Positions 46,186 through 55,062 of a stretch of DNA of 64,000 nucleotides are shown in pieces. The notes under the pieces were generated by a model. It was not told the origin of the DNA. It ran no database searches and saw only the letters and a program-made list of their open reading frames with translations. Source of the DNA: Rickettsiales bacterium. GTDB lineage: Bacteria > Pseudomonadota > Alphaproteobacteria > Rickettsiales > SXRF01. Numbering within the stretch: position 1 is the first letter of the stretch; each line of letters opens with the position of its first letter. A program made the translations under genes and the position numbers. The stretch is from contig JAJTHB010000005.1 of the NCBI GenBank assembly GCA_021299465.1, positions 8,456-72,455 of the forward strand, in the 5' to 3' direction.

Positions 46186-49077
46186 ATGAAACCAGCCAAT
46201 CTCCAGTCAGGTTCTCGTAAGTTAGTGGGTTTTGCTGCGGCCTTGCTACTCATGCTTGGCTTTACTTTGGTGGCACAAGGTTTCATTGATACTAAAGATT
46301 TCCGCGAACAGATCATACAGACCATCAAAGATCGCACAGGTAAAGATGTGGCCATTAAAGGCAGGGTAACTGCACGTTTGTTGCCAACACCTGGTATTTT
46401 TGTACCTGGGCTTGAACTAAGAGGGGTGGATGATAAAGATCCTGCGCCCACATTCACCGCTCAATCTGTGTATGTTGAGGCCGATTTATTATCGCTTTTC
46501 TCGGACCAGATTGCCGTATCATCGATTACATTTGAGAATGCTGTGCTCGAGATCAGGCGCTCCAAAGAGGGCGTTATTCATTGGGACTGGCTTGAAAAAG
46601 ACATGCTTAAGCCCATGCTCGCTCTTAAAGATTTGCTCAAAAATATTAATCTATCGTTTGTGGAAGGTAAGGTTTTTTACTTCAATGATGAAACAAACCA
46701 TGTGGTTCCTATACGAAGCATTAATGGTTCCGTAGCTATTGGAGCTGAGGTTTCAATTGCTGGTGGTTTTATTGTTGGTGAGCAACCGCTGGCGCTTGAA
46801 TCGCGATTGGGGGTTTTGGATCAGGCCGGTTTTAGACCGATTGATCTCAGGGTTTTCAATAATCAGAAAGATGAATTTACGCTTAAAGGACAACTGGGAT
46901 CGACCTCGGAAAAACTTGAGATTAAAGGTGATTTTGCAACCAGCCTTTCGGACATTTCAAATTGGATTGCTCCATTTAAGCAGGAAAAAAAGACGGCGGA
47001 TGCTAAAGCGCTTCCGCTAAAACTGACAGGATCCTGGGCTCAGTCAAACCTTTCGCTCAAGCTGGATCAGCTATCCCTGGAAGGGTTGGATTCAAAAGCA
47101 GCGGGCAGCCTCGCCTTCGCATGGGAGGATATACCAGACTTTGATATCACAATGACTTTTTCTGAATTCAACTACGATGCTTGGCAGGCGCTGGCAGAGC
47201 TCATAGCTCAACGCCGGAATCCACAAGGACAATTATCTTTTAAAGAAGATTTCGAGGAGCATCGAAGCGCGCTTCCCAAGGAAGTAAATGTTAAAGTCAC
47301 GGCTAATGCTAATAGCGTACAAATGGGTGAAAAAACATGGCAGGAGGCTAATTTATCAGCATCACTGCAGGATGGATCGATCACCATTAACCAGCTCGGC
47401 ATACAGATGCCTGGCTCAGCATCGCTGGTGATGTTTGGTATTATTTCCCAAGGCGCCGCGAAAACACTCAGATTTGAAGGTTCAATGGAATCACAGGGTG
47501 GAAGCTTGCGCGATGTTCTTACAATATTTGATGAGAATGCGGCCGAGTTTTCTGAGGCTGGGTTTGGTGCCTTTTCGATACGTTCAAATTTGTTTATTTC
47601 GGCTGAGCAGGTTCGTTTATCTGAAGCGGAAGTTAAATTGAACGAGCTTAATTTAAGTGGTGGTCTCGTTGCTTATTTTGATTCAAAACCCCGCGTAGAA
47701 GCTGATGTTAAACTGCGTGATATCAACTTTGACTATTTTCGTGATGTCTGGCGTGAATCAAAGAAAAACCAATCAGGCACCGATTATTTCCTGAGGTTTG
47801 ACAAAAACCTCAATTTTGGTTGGCTCAGGAAACTTAAAACCAATATCGATTTTAAGGTCATGGTGGATGAATTTACCTTCCTTGAAACAAGGGGGCAGTC
47901 CGCCGCATTTCGTATTTTTGCACAAGAAGGTGAGTTTGGTATCTACAACCTGAGGTTTTATTATCCAACGCACGTTATTGAAGCGAGTTTTAATCTTAAC
48001 GTGAAATCTGATATTCCTTATTTCACGATGGTGTTTAATAGCTCGAGCGAGCTTGATACCCGCTACTTCAAGGTCAATTCGGAAAGCTCAGCCGCAACCG
48101 TTGTTCCGGTTCATGATAACAAACAAATCAATCAAGAAGTGACCATTATTCCGCAGACTCAGACGATCATTGAAACTGCCGCTTCGTCAGATAATCCAAC
48201 CGATACACCTGCCGTTGCCACCGAAGTTTCATCAGAAGCAATCACGCCTATTCCATTGGCGAAAGGCGCTGAAAAGAAAGAAGTGAAGAGGTGGTCAGAA
48301 GAGCTCTTCGACATGAGCTGGATGGAAGGGTATAACGCAACCATTGACATCAGTTTGGGTAAGCTCATTCATAAAGATACAACCCTGAACCGGTTTAAGC
48401 TTAAATCATTGCTTCGTGATCGTGTCATGACGATTCAGGCGCTCAGCTTTGGCTATTGGCAGGGCAGGTGCGACATTACCGGCACGATTTATGGCGGCAA
48501 GGTGCCCGGGACCTCGCTTGGATTTACCGTTACCAATGCTGATTTGGGGGATATCATCTCCAACTTCAGTGAACGTAACAATATTTCAGGAAGGCTTGGG
48601 GTTAGCGGTTCATTTTCTACTTCAGGTGTTAATCCATTATCCTGGGTTCAGCAGGCTGATGCAAAACTAACGCTTAATGGTGTTGGGGTGAATGTTTCGA
48701 ATTTTAATTTACAAAGCGTGGTTGATACGGTTTCAGTTTCGCGCACAACGGCCGATGTAATGACCAATGTTAATCTCATGCTACCAAGAGGGAGTACTGA
48801 GTTTTCAATGGAAGGCTACCTCAATATTAAAAATGGTATCGTACGCACCCCGGGCATTACGCTAAAATCTGGTAATATGATGGGCAATTTAACCGGCGAG
48901 CTTCGCCTGATTCCCTGGACGATGAATCTCTCGACATTGTTTCAGTTTCCTGCCATGACATCCGAAACCGTACCCACCATGAATGTTCAGCTTACAGGCT
49001 CTGTGGATGATGCCGATATGACCGTTGATACCGATTCACTCGAAGCCTACGTTTCTAAACGCATTATTGGGCGATAA
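46186..49077 (+). CDS. AsmA family outer-membrane-biogenesis protein
   Basis: 963 aa with an N-terminal TM anchor, a long beta-rich body, and a C-terminal AsmA_2-like region (GNLTGELRLIPW). Confidence 0.75.
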   Translation: MKPANLQSGSRKLVGFAAALLLMLGFTLVAQGFIDTKDFREQIIQTIKDRTGKDVAIKGRVTARLLPTPGIFVPGLELRGVDDKDPAPTFTAQSVYVEADLLSLFSDQIAVSSITFENAVLEIRRSKEGVIHWDWLEKDMLKPMLALKDLLKNINLSFVEGKVFYFNDETNHVVPIRSINGSVAIGAEVSIAGGFIVGEQPLALESRLGVLDQAGFRPIDLRVFNNQKDEFTLKGQLGSTSEKLEIKGDFATSLSDISNWIAPFKQEKKTADAKALPLKLTGSWAQSNLSLKLDQLSLEGLDSKAAGSLAFAWEDIPDFDITMTFSEFNYDAWQALAELIAQRRNPQGQLSFKEDFEEHRSALPKEVNVKVTANANSVQMGEKTWQEANLSASLQDGSITINQLGIQMPGSASLVMFGIISQGAAKTLRFEGSMESQGGSLRDVLTIFDENAAEFSEAGFGAFSIRSNLFISAEQVRLSEAEVKLNELNLSGGLVAYFDSKPRVEADVKLRDINFDYFRDVWRESKKNQSGTDYFLRFDKNLNFGWLRKLKTNIDFKVMVDEFTFLETRGQSAAFRIFAQEGEFGIYNLRFYYPTHVIEASFNLNVKSDIPYFTMVFNSSSELDTRYFKVNSESSAATVVPVHDNKQINQEVTIIPQTQTIIETAASSDNPTDTPAVATEVSSEAITPIPLAKGAEKKEVKRWSEELFDMSWMEGYNATIDISLGKLIHKDTTLNRFKLKSLLRDRVMTIQALSFGYWQGRCDITGTIYGGKVPGTSLGFTVTNADLGDIISNFSERNNISGRLGVSGSFSTSGVNPLSWVQQADAKLTLNGVGVNVSNFNLQSVVDTVSVSRTTADVMTNVNLMLPRGSTEFSMEGYLNIKNGIVRTPGITLKSGNMMGNLTGELRLIPWTMNLSTLFQFPAMTSETVPTMNVQLTGSVDDADMTVDTDSLEAYVSKRIIGR

Positions 49078-49080
49078 AAC

Positions 49081-50355
49081 ATGGTTCTTTCTATCGTCAT
49101 GCGTTCTGCAGAAGTAAAGCTGGTAGAAATGCTGGGTACTATTCGTGATCCGCAGGGCTGGAATGCGGTGCATTTCAAATTGTCTGAGCTTCTTGAGCAA
49201 TATCAAAGCGAGTATCAGCTAAAAATCGCCATTAACCTTATCAATGATCTCATCAAGAGCTACGAGGGCGGCATTTTTCTTCTGCAAGATCATGGCATCA
49301 TGGTGCTAGTCAACCAGTTGGAAAAAACAGTTCTTAATAAGCTCGTATTTCAGCTACGTTATCTCTACATGGATGACCCTCTTGCTTATACCGGTGAGGG
49401 GCATGAAAACCCAGAATTTTGCAGCATTTATGATTTGGTGCGTGATTGGAACCATTTTGCCGAGCTTTGCAATAAGCGCATGTCGGCTGTCGCGCGCAAG
49501 ACCAACCAACCCAAGCGCCGTAACGATGGGTTGCCTCGTTCACCTGTTTTAGAATCAACCAGAGCGTCTGAATCATTTATCACGCCTGTTGTTACGGTTG
49601 GAGCTGCAATTCCAGCACAGATGGCATTTGAGAGTGTGGAAGCAGAAATTAGAGGAACTGACCTCGCTAACGTCATTCGCCGCCAGCCGGTTTGCATGGT
49701 CTCTCAGAATTTATCCGCTAAACGATTGTTTGATGAATGTTACATGCATATCCCGCATCTTCGTCAGGTGCTGAAGTCTGATACGCAATTCATCAGTAAT
49801 CGCTGGTTGTTTAAATACCTTACGCGTGTGTTGGATGAGCAGCTGTTAGCGCTGGTTAAAAAAGATCTGGCTCGCTTTCTGGCAGTTCCTGTTAGTTTAA
49901 ACCTTAATGTCGAAACGATTCTTTCCGAGCATTTCGAGATTTTTGATGGAGCTCTCAAGCCTGAAATCAAGCAATCGATTGTACTTGAACTGCCCGTTAT
50001 TGACGCATTTGCTGACATGGCGGCCTTCAACCTTGCTCGCAAGCAGGCGCAGAAAATGGGCTATCGCGTATGCCTAGATGGGTTAACAATCAGCAGCTTT
50101 ATCAATATTGATCGCAAACGCTTAGAACTGGACCTGCTCAAAGTGCAATGGAATGCTGATGTTGAATCGGACGTTACCAACAAACAGAATGTTGAGTTGG
50201 CCAAAGCTGTTGCGGATTGTGGTAGTAATCGTGTGATTCTGTGCCGCTGTGACAGTAAACTGGCGGTAGATTTTGGCCATGCGCTTGGTGTTTCACTCTT
50301 TCAGGGGCGTTTCATTGATTCGCTCGTTAATCCAAGCCTGACGGTAGCCAACTGA
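49081..50355 (+). CDS. Protein with degenerate EAL-like C-terminal domain and unknown N-terminal domain
   Basis: 424 aa. The EAL scaffold is recognisable (RRQPV, LNLN, GYRVCLDGLTISSF, LDLLKVQ, LFQGRF), but metal/catalytic positions are replaced: E.TE->LELP, DDFG->LDGL, KID->KVQ, EGVE->CRCD. Confidence 0.55.
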   Translation: MVLSIVMRSAEVKLVEMLGTIRDPQGWNAVHFKLSELLEQYQSEYQLKIAINLINDLIKSYEGGIFLLQDHGIMVLVNQLEKTVLNKLVFQLRYLYMDDPLAYTGEGHENPEFCSIYDLVRDWNHFAELCNKRMSAVARKTNQPKRRNDGLPRSPVLESTRASESFITPVVTVGAAIPAQMAFESVEAEIRGTDLANVIRRQPVCMVSQNLSAKRLFDECYMHIPHLRQVLKSDTQFISNRWLFKYLTRVLDEQLLALVKKDLARFLAVPVSLNLNVETILSEHFEIFDGALKPEIKQSIVLELPVIDAFADMAAFNLARKQAQKMGYRVCLDGLTISSFINIDRKRLELDLLKVQWNADVESDVTNKQNVELAKAVADCGSNRVILCRCDSKLAVDFGHALGVSLFQGRFIDSLVNPSLTVAN

Positions 50356-51128
50356 TGTTTGACGGTGTGCTCGATGTTAAAATCGGCTATGTGCTGTGCG
50401 GCATCATCTGGTCGCTGGCAGTTGGCTTTGCTATTGGTAACTATGCGTGTAGTTTGGTACACCGCCTGCCACGCGGTCGCCTGATTCTAGACAAGCCCCC
50501 TTACTGCGGCCATTGCGGCACGTTGCTTGCCACCAAAGATTTGTTCCCTGTGTTTTCTGCCTTGTGGCTCAAACATCGCTGCCGTTACTGCAAAACGCCA
50601 TTTCCTGTATCGCATACATGGACCGAGCTGCTGGTCGGGCTGCTTCTGGTGCTCGCTTATTTCAAATTCAATTATGGCGAACAGTTTTTATTGGTGAGCA
50701 TCCTCGGCGTTTTCCTGATCATCTTAGCTGCCATCCATGCGAATGAGAGCATGCTGATGGGCAAAATGCTTTTCGCTGTTGGCTTATCGGGCATCATGTT
50801 TCGCATCCTGCTCGATCATTCCATATTTAATTTTGTGGAAGGTGGACTTTATGCGCTCATCATTGCTGCTGTCATCTGGCGTAAACAGGTGGTGAAGGTC
50901 GGGCATATATACACCATTCCGCCGCAAGCTCAGCTGCTGGTGGTCGGTGGCTTATGCGTTGGCGCTTCGCAGCTACCACAGTTTCTTGCGCTTTATGTTG
51001 TACTGTGGTGCCTTAGCTTTGTGATCGGTAAAATTAAGATCGCCGAAATCCCTTACAGCGTGCCGTTTGGTTTCGCGGTTATGATTTCGGTGATGTACCG
51101 GCCAGCTATTCCACTGTTACCGATTTAG
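50355..51128 (+). CDS. Prepilin peptidase (A24) homologue lacking both catalytic Asp residues
   Basis: 257 aa. The N-terminal 4-Cys motif CGHCG..(21)..CRYC and the C-terminal VPFGF block are kept. The positions of PilD IDAD and GDFKL read IHAN and QAQLL. TGATG overlap with the upstream gene. Confidence 0.6.
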   Translation: MFDGVLDVKIGYVLCGIIWSLAVGFAIGNYACSLVHRLPRGRLILDKPPYCGHCGTLLATKDLFPVFSALWLKHRCRYCKTPFPVSHTWTELLVGLLLVLAYFKFNYGEQFLLVSILGVFLIILAAIHANESMLMGKMLFAVGLSGIMFRILLDHSIFNFVEGGLYALIIAAVIWRKQVVKVGHIYTIPPQAQLLVVGGLCVGASQLPQFLALYVVLWCLSFVIGKIKIAEIPYSVPFGFAVMISVMYRPAIPLLPI

Positions 51129-52926
51129 CGAGGTTGCGCGGCTGGTCGACGTCAGTGCCTTTGAGCACAGCGGTGTGGTATGCAAGGATCTGCATGGGCA
51201 GGGTGTAAATTAGCGGCGCAATAAATGGATCGCAGTCGGGAAGCGTGATGGTTGCCAGTGCCATGTCGGCAATTTCATCTGCACCTTTTTTGTCGGTGAT
51301 GAGTATGATTTTGCCGCCACGTGCGGAGGCTTCCTGTAAATTGGAAGCCGTTTTTTCAAACCAGCTATCGCTAGGCGCAAGCACGATGATCGGCACATCC
51401 TCATCAATAAGCGCGATTGGGCCATGCTTAAGTTCACCCGCAGCATAGGCCTCGGCGTGGATGTAGGAAATTTCCTTCATCTTAAGCGCACCTTCCATCG
51501 CAATCGCATAGCTGGTGCCGCGACCAATGTAGAGCATGTCGCGCGCATGCAAGAGGTTGCCAGCCAGTGCTTGCAGTGTGTGATCGAGGTGTAGCGTGTC
51601 GTTCATGAGCGCCGGTGTTTCCAGCAAATGTGAGCAAAGCGCTCGCGATTGCTCCGCACCAATTGTTTTTTTCGCCATTGCTAAGGCCAGCGTAAGGCAG
51701 GCGAGGGTGGCAAGCTGGGTGGTGAACGCTTTAGTGGAAGCAACACCGATTTCGGGGCCGGCATAGGTGTGAAGCACGGCATGTGCCTCGCGCGCGATGC
51801 TGCTTTCCGGAACATTCACAATCGCCAGCACTGGTTGGATGGGCTTTACCATGCGCAACGCAGCTAATGTATCCGCCGTTTCTCCGGACTGTGAAATCAC
51901 GATGCAAAGGCCGCTCGGATCAATGATTGGCTGGCGATAGCGATACTCGGATGCGATATCCACATCAACCGGCAGGCGTGCAATGGATTCAATCCAGTAT
52001 TTGGCAACCGTTGCTGCGTAGTAGGATGTGCCGCATGCGATCAGCTGCACACGCTCAATACCTGACAGATCAAAGGGAAATGATGGCAGTGTGATTTTTA
52101 GATCATCCTGGTTGCAGTACATCTTGATGGTTTCCCCCACCACACCGGGCTGCTCATAAATTTCTTTTTGCATGAAGTGGCGATAATTGCCTTTTGCAAT
52201 CGAACCACTGCTGTAGCTTGAGTTAACAATGGCGCGATCAACTTCTTGATTGCTCGCATCATAAATAGTCACTTGTGAGGGGGTGAGTACTGCCCAGTCA
52301 CCATCTTCAAGATAGCTGATGCGGCTGGTGAGATGTGCGAGTGCAATCGCATCCGAGCCAATATAATTTTCGCCATTGCCGTAGCCGATGGCAAGCGGCG
52401 GGCCGTTGCGTGCTGCAATGAGTAAATCAGGATGGTCCGCAAAAATAAAGGCAAGCGCATAAGCACCTCGAAACTCTGAGATTGCCTGCATCACTGCATC
52501 TTTTGGTGTGAGTCCTTGTTTGATTAAATCGGTGACCAGGACTGGCGCAACTTCGGTATCGGTTTGGCTCTTGAAATCATAGCCTTTTGCGATCAAGTGA
52601 TCTTTGATCTCCCTGTAGTTTTCAATAATGCCATTGTGAACAACCGCTACTTTGTCTGTTGAGTGTGGATGGGCGTTGGTTTCATTCGGCGCGCCATGGG
52701 TTGCCCAGCGTGTGTGGCCGATGCCGGTATTTCCAGCGAGTGATTTTTTTTCTAATTCTTTGGCAAGATTGGTTAGTTTTCCCTGTGCGCGGCACTTGGT
52801 GATTTTGCCACTGTCCAATGTTGCGATGCCGGCTGAGTCATAGCCGCGATATTCTAGCTGCTTTAGCCCGTCAAGGATACGATTTGCAACGCCATCTCTT
52901 CCGGCGATGCCGAGAATTCCGCACAT
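51106..52926 (-). CDS. glmS: Glutamine--fructose-6-phosphate aminotransferase
   Basis: 606 aa. Starts MCGILG, has two SIS domains, and ends KSVTVE. Confidence 0.97.
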   Translation of the reverse strand: MCGILGIAGRDGVANRILDGLKQLEYRGYDSAGIATLDSGKITKCRAQGKLTNLAKELEKKSLAGNTGIGHTRWATHGAPNETNAHPHSTDKVAVVHNGIIENYREIKDHLIAKGYDFKSQTDTEVAPVLVTDLIKQGLTPKDAVMQAISEFRGAYALAFIFADHPDLLIAARNGPPLAIGYGNGENYIGSDAIALAHLTSRISYLEDGDWAVLTPSQVTIYDASNQEVDRAIVNSSYSSGSIAKGNYRHFMQKEIYEQPGVVGETIKMYCNQDDLKITLPSFPFDLSGIERVQLIACGTSYYAATVAKYWIESIARLPVDVDIASEYRYRQPIIDPSGLCIVISQSGETADTLAALRMVKPIQPVLAIVNVPESSIAREAHAVLHTYAGPEIGVASTKAFTTQLATLACLTLALAMAKKTIGAEQSRALCSHLLETPALMNDTLHLDHTLQALAGNLLHARDMLYIGRGTSYAIAMEGALKMKEISYIHAEAYAAGELKHGPIALIDEDVPIIVLAPSDSWFEKTASNLQEASARGGKIILITDKKGADEIADMALATITLPDCDPFIAPLIYTLPMQILAYHTAVLKGTDVDQPRNLAKSVTVE

Positions 52927-53003
52927 AAGTATCTGTTATATATGGTTAAATTATGATGTCTTTCATACAAAATAGACGGTTATACTGAGTAATCAATAGG
53001 AAG

Positions 53004-53032
53004 TTGCAATTATCCACAGAGTTGTATATAAT
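53004..53032 (+). promoter_or_regulatory. Near-consensus sigma70-type promoter facing the acyltransferase gene
   Basis: TTGCAA (53004-53009), 17 nt spacer, TATAAT (53027-53032). It would give a ~190-nt AT-rich leader containing the palindrome GGCAATAGTTGCC. Confidence 0.4.
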
Positions 53033-53226
53033 GGCTATATAGGCAATAGTTGCCCATGTATAGGGCTTGCTATCTATATATAGTTGGTGACAATTTTCTA
53101 TTTACCTGATATAGACTTCAATAACTTACAAGTCTAGATGAGGTTGTGGCTAAATAGATAAAGTACTTGATATTAATCGGGAAACGTGATTTCCTTAACC
53201 GAATATTAATAATATGGGTGGTGTTT

Positions 53227-53982
53227 ATGCGCTTAGCGATGCAAAATAGCTCTACTGAACGGCTCATCCATGTGCCGGCTGCTTTAGTCATCAATAAGCA
53301 TACGCCAGACGATTCTATATCGGAAGAATACCTGATTCGTCGCTTTTCTCGAACCTCAAGTAAACCAGAGCAAGTTGTCTATGAGTTGACCCGCGATCCT
53401 GGTCTATTGCACCAATATTTCCGCCTTCGTGAGCAGATGTTTATCAGCGTGTGGGGTCTTAAGCATTTCTCTGGTGGGCATGATGCGTATGATGATAGCA
53501 GCGATATTATGGTCGCTCGTGTTGGGAATCATGTTATTGGCGGATGTCGTCTTACATTTGCGAATAATCGCGGCTTGCTGCTTCCTATGGAGCAAAATGA
53601 TTTTATCCTTGAGGATATGTTCAGCGAGCTTTCGCTTCATAAAGTCAAATATGCTGAGATTTCTCGTATGGCGATCTTGCCGGAATATCAGAACAGCATA
53701 GTGCTGCTTGAGCTTAGCAGGCAATTGATGAAATGCGCTGCAAACCAAAAAGCGCGATATGCGTTTACCATGTCGCCGGTTCCATTAGCGCGCAATTATC
53801 GCAAGGCGGCTAGTCTTTTTGGAATCAACTGGAAAATACGCAACGATATTCATGTTGATGATCGCGAAGAATTCGAAGGTATCAAAATGGTATTATCGAT
53901 GGTTGATCTCGCGCCTGTTTACAGGCCAATGCCAAAAGCAAAGTCTGATGTTGGTGAAGCCATTGCTCTGGTCGGTGCCTAG
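53227..53982 (+). CDS. GNAT-fold acyltransferase resembling LuxI / FeeM-type N-acyl amino acid synthases
   Basis: ~251 aa from the ATG at 53227. Pattern YF.LRE.MF...WGL......DAYDD.S...V......IGGCRL, with EISRMAILPEY, as in autoinducer-synthase-like GNATs. Assignment is from memory only. Confidence 0.45.
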   Translation: MRLAMQNSSTERLIHVPAALVINKHTPDDSISEEYLIRRFSRTSSKPEQVVYELTRDPGLLHQYFRLREQMFISVWGLKHFSGGHDAYDDSSDIMVARVGNHVIGGCRLTFANNRGLLLPMEQNDFILEDMFSELSLHKVKYAEISRMAILPEYQNSIVLLELSRQLMKCAANQKARYAFTMSPVPLARNYRKAASLFGINWKIRNDIHVDDREEFEGIKMVLSMVDLAPVYRPMPKAKSDVGEAIALVGA

Positions 53983-53986
53983 AATA

Positions 53987-54853
53987 TTAAAGAACCTTTA
54001 TTGCGATTGAGCAGTTAGGAGTTTCTGGCCGACCCGGGTAGTTATAATAGGGTTTAGTATTAGCGACGTTATATTGGCTTGGTATTTCATCAGTTGCGCA
54101 GAATTGTGAAGTTGCACCCTCTGGCCCATAGCTGTGGCCAAGGCTATCATCTTTTGCAAGTACCTCGTAATCAGAATTGGGCATTTGTGCTCCATCATAC
54201 ACCGTTACAAGCATTACTTTTCCTGAATCGGGATAGCCATCATCCATTTTGCTGTCGAGCTGAAAATTATCAATGGGAAGAAAAAGATCTTTTGGGTCAC
54301 CGCTTCCTACTATTGTTGAGCCAGTATTCGTTCTAAAAAAGTTAGGACCACCGAGATTACTAGCAAGAGCGCTAACTAGAATTCCCACTTTATTATTTAG
54401 TTTGGTTGCGGGGAAAGCATAACCTGGTGAGGCGTTGTCTGCAGCAATGGCTGCAGTTGCTCCTGCATATTTGCCTTCAATAAGCTGAGCTTCAGAAAGT
54501 TGAAGCCAAAAATCAAATGATTCTCTGATTCTATATTCTGCTGTGATGAATCCAAGTTGTGTTTTGCCGCCTATAGTTCCGTTTCCGCAAGCTGCGCCTA
54601 TGGAGCTGCAACCACCACTTAAACCAAAGTCAGATGGGTTAATGCAGTCGCCAGGTAAGCAGTTATACTTATTTTTAAATGTCAAAGCGGCGGTTTCATA
54701 CGACTGAATTTGAGAAATGGTCGCTCTTATCGCTGCCGCCCTGATTAAATCGCTACCAACAAGTATACCGCCTATAATCAAGCCAATGACGATCAGGACA
54801 ATAGAAACTTCCACAAGCGTAAACGCTGCCATGTTATTGGTCTTAGAATTCAT
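53987..54853 (-). CDS. Type IV pilin / pseudopilin-like protein with atypical leader (Ala at -1)
   Basis: MNSKTNNMAA|FTLVEVSIVLIVIGLIIGG is a prepilin-type N-terminal methylation motif with Glu at +5 but Ala-Ala before the Phe. ~288 aa with Cys pairs in the C-terminal half. Start codon uncertain. Confidence 0.6.
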   Translation of the reverse strand: MNSKTNNMAAFTLVEVSIVLIVIGLIIGGILVGSDLIRAAAIRATISQIQSYETAALTFKNKYNCLPGDCINPSDFGLSGGCSSIGAACGNGTIGGKTQLGFITAEYRIRESFDFWLQLSEAQLIEGKYAGATAAIAADNASPGYAFPATKLNNKVGILVSALASNLGGPNFFRTNTGSTIVGSGDPKDLFLPIDNFQLDSKMDDGYPDSGKVMLVTVYDGAQMPNSDYEVLAKDDSLGHSYGPEGATSQFCATDEIPSQYNVANTKPYYNYPGRPETPNCSIAIKVL

Positions 54854-55062
54854 TCCATGTAATTCAGTGGTATAATTCATGTGGTGGATAGCATACTGCT
54901 TGGATATTAAGTAAATGTAAACCAACCTCTGTTATCTTGTTAGTGCTGCCAATGTAGGCTGCAGGGGCAATGAACGCCCCGTGTCCGGTTTCATTATGTA
55001 AATGAACCGCGTGTATCAGGTATGGTCTACCCACGTAGGGATCGTCCATAGCGAAAACGGGC

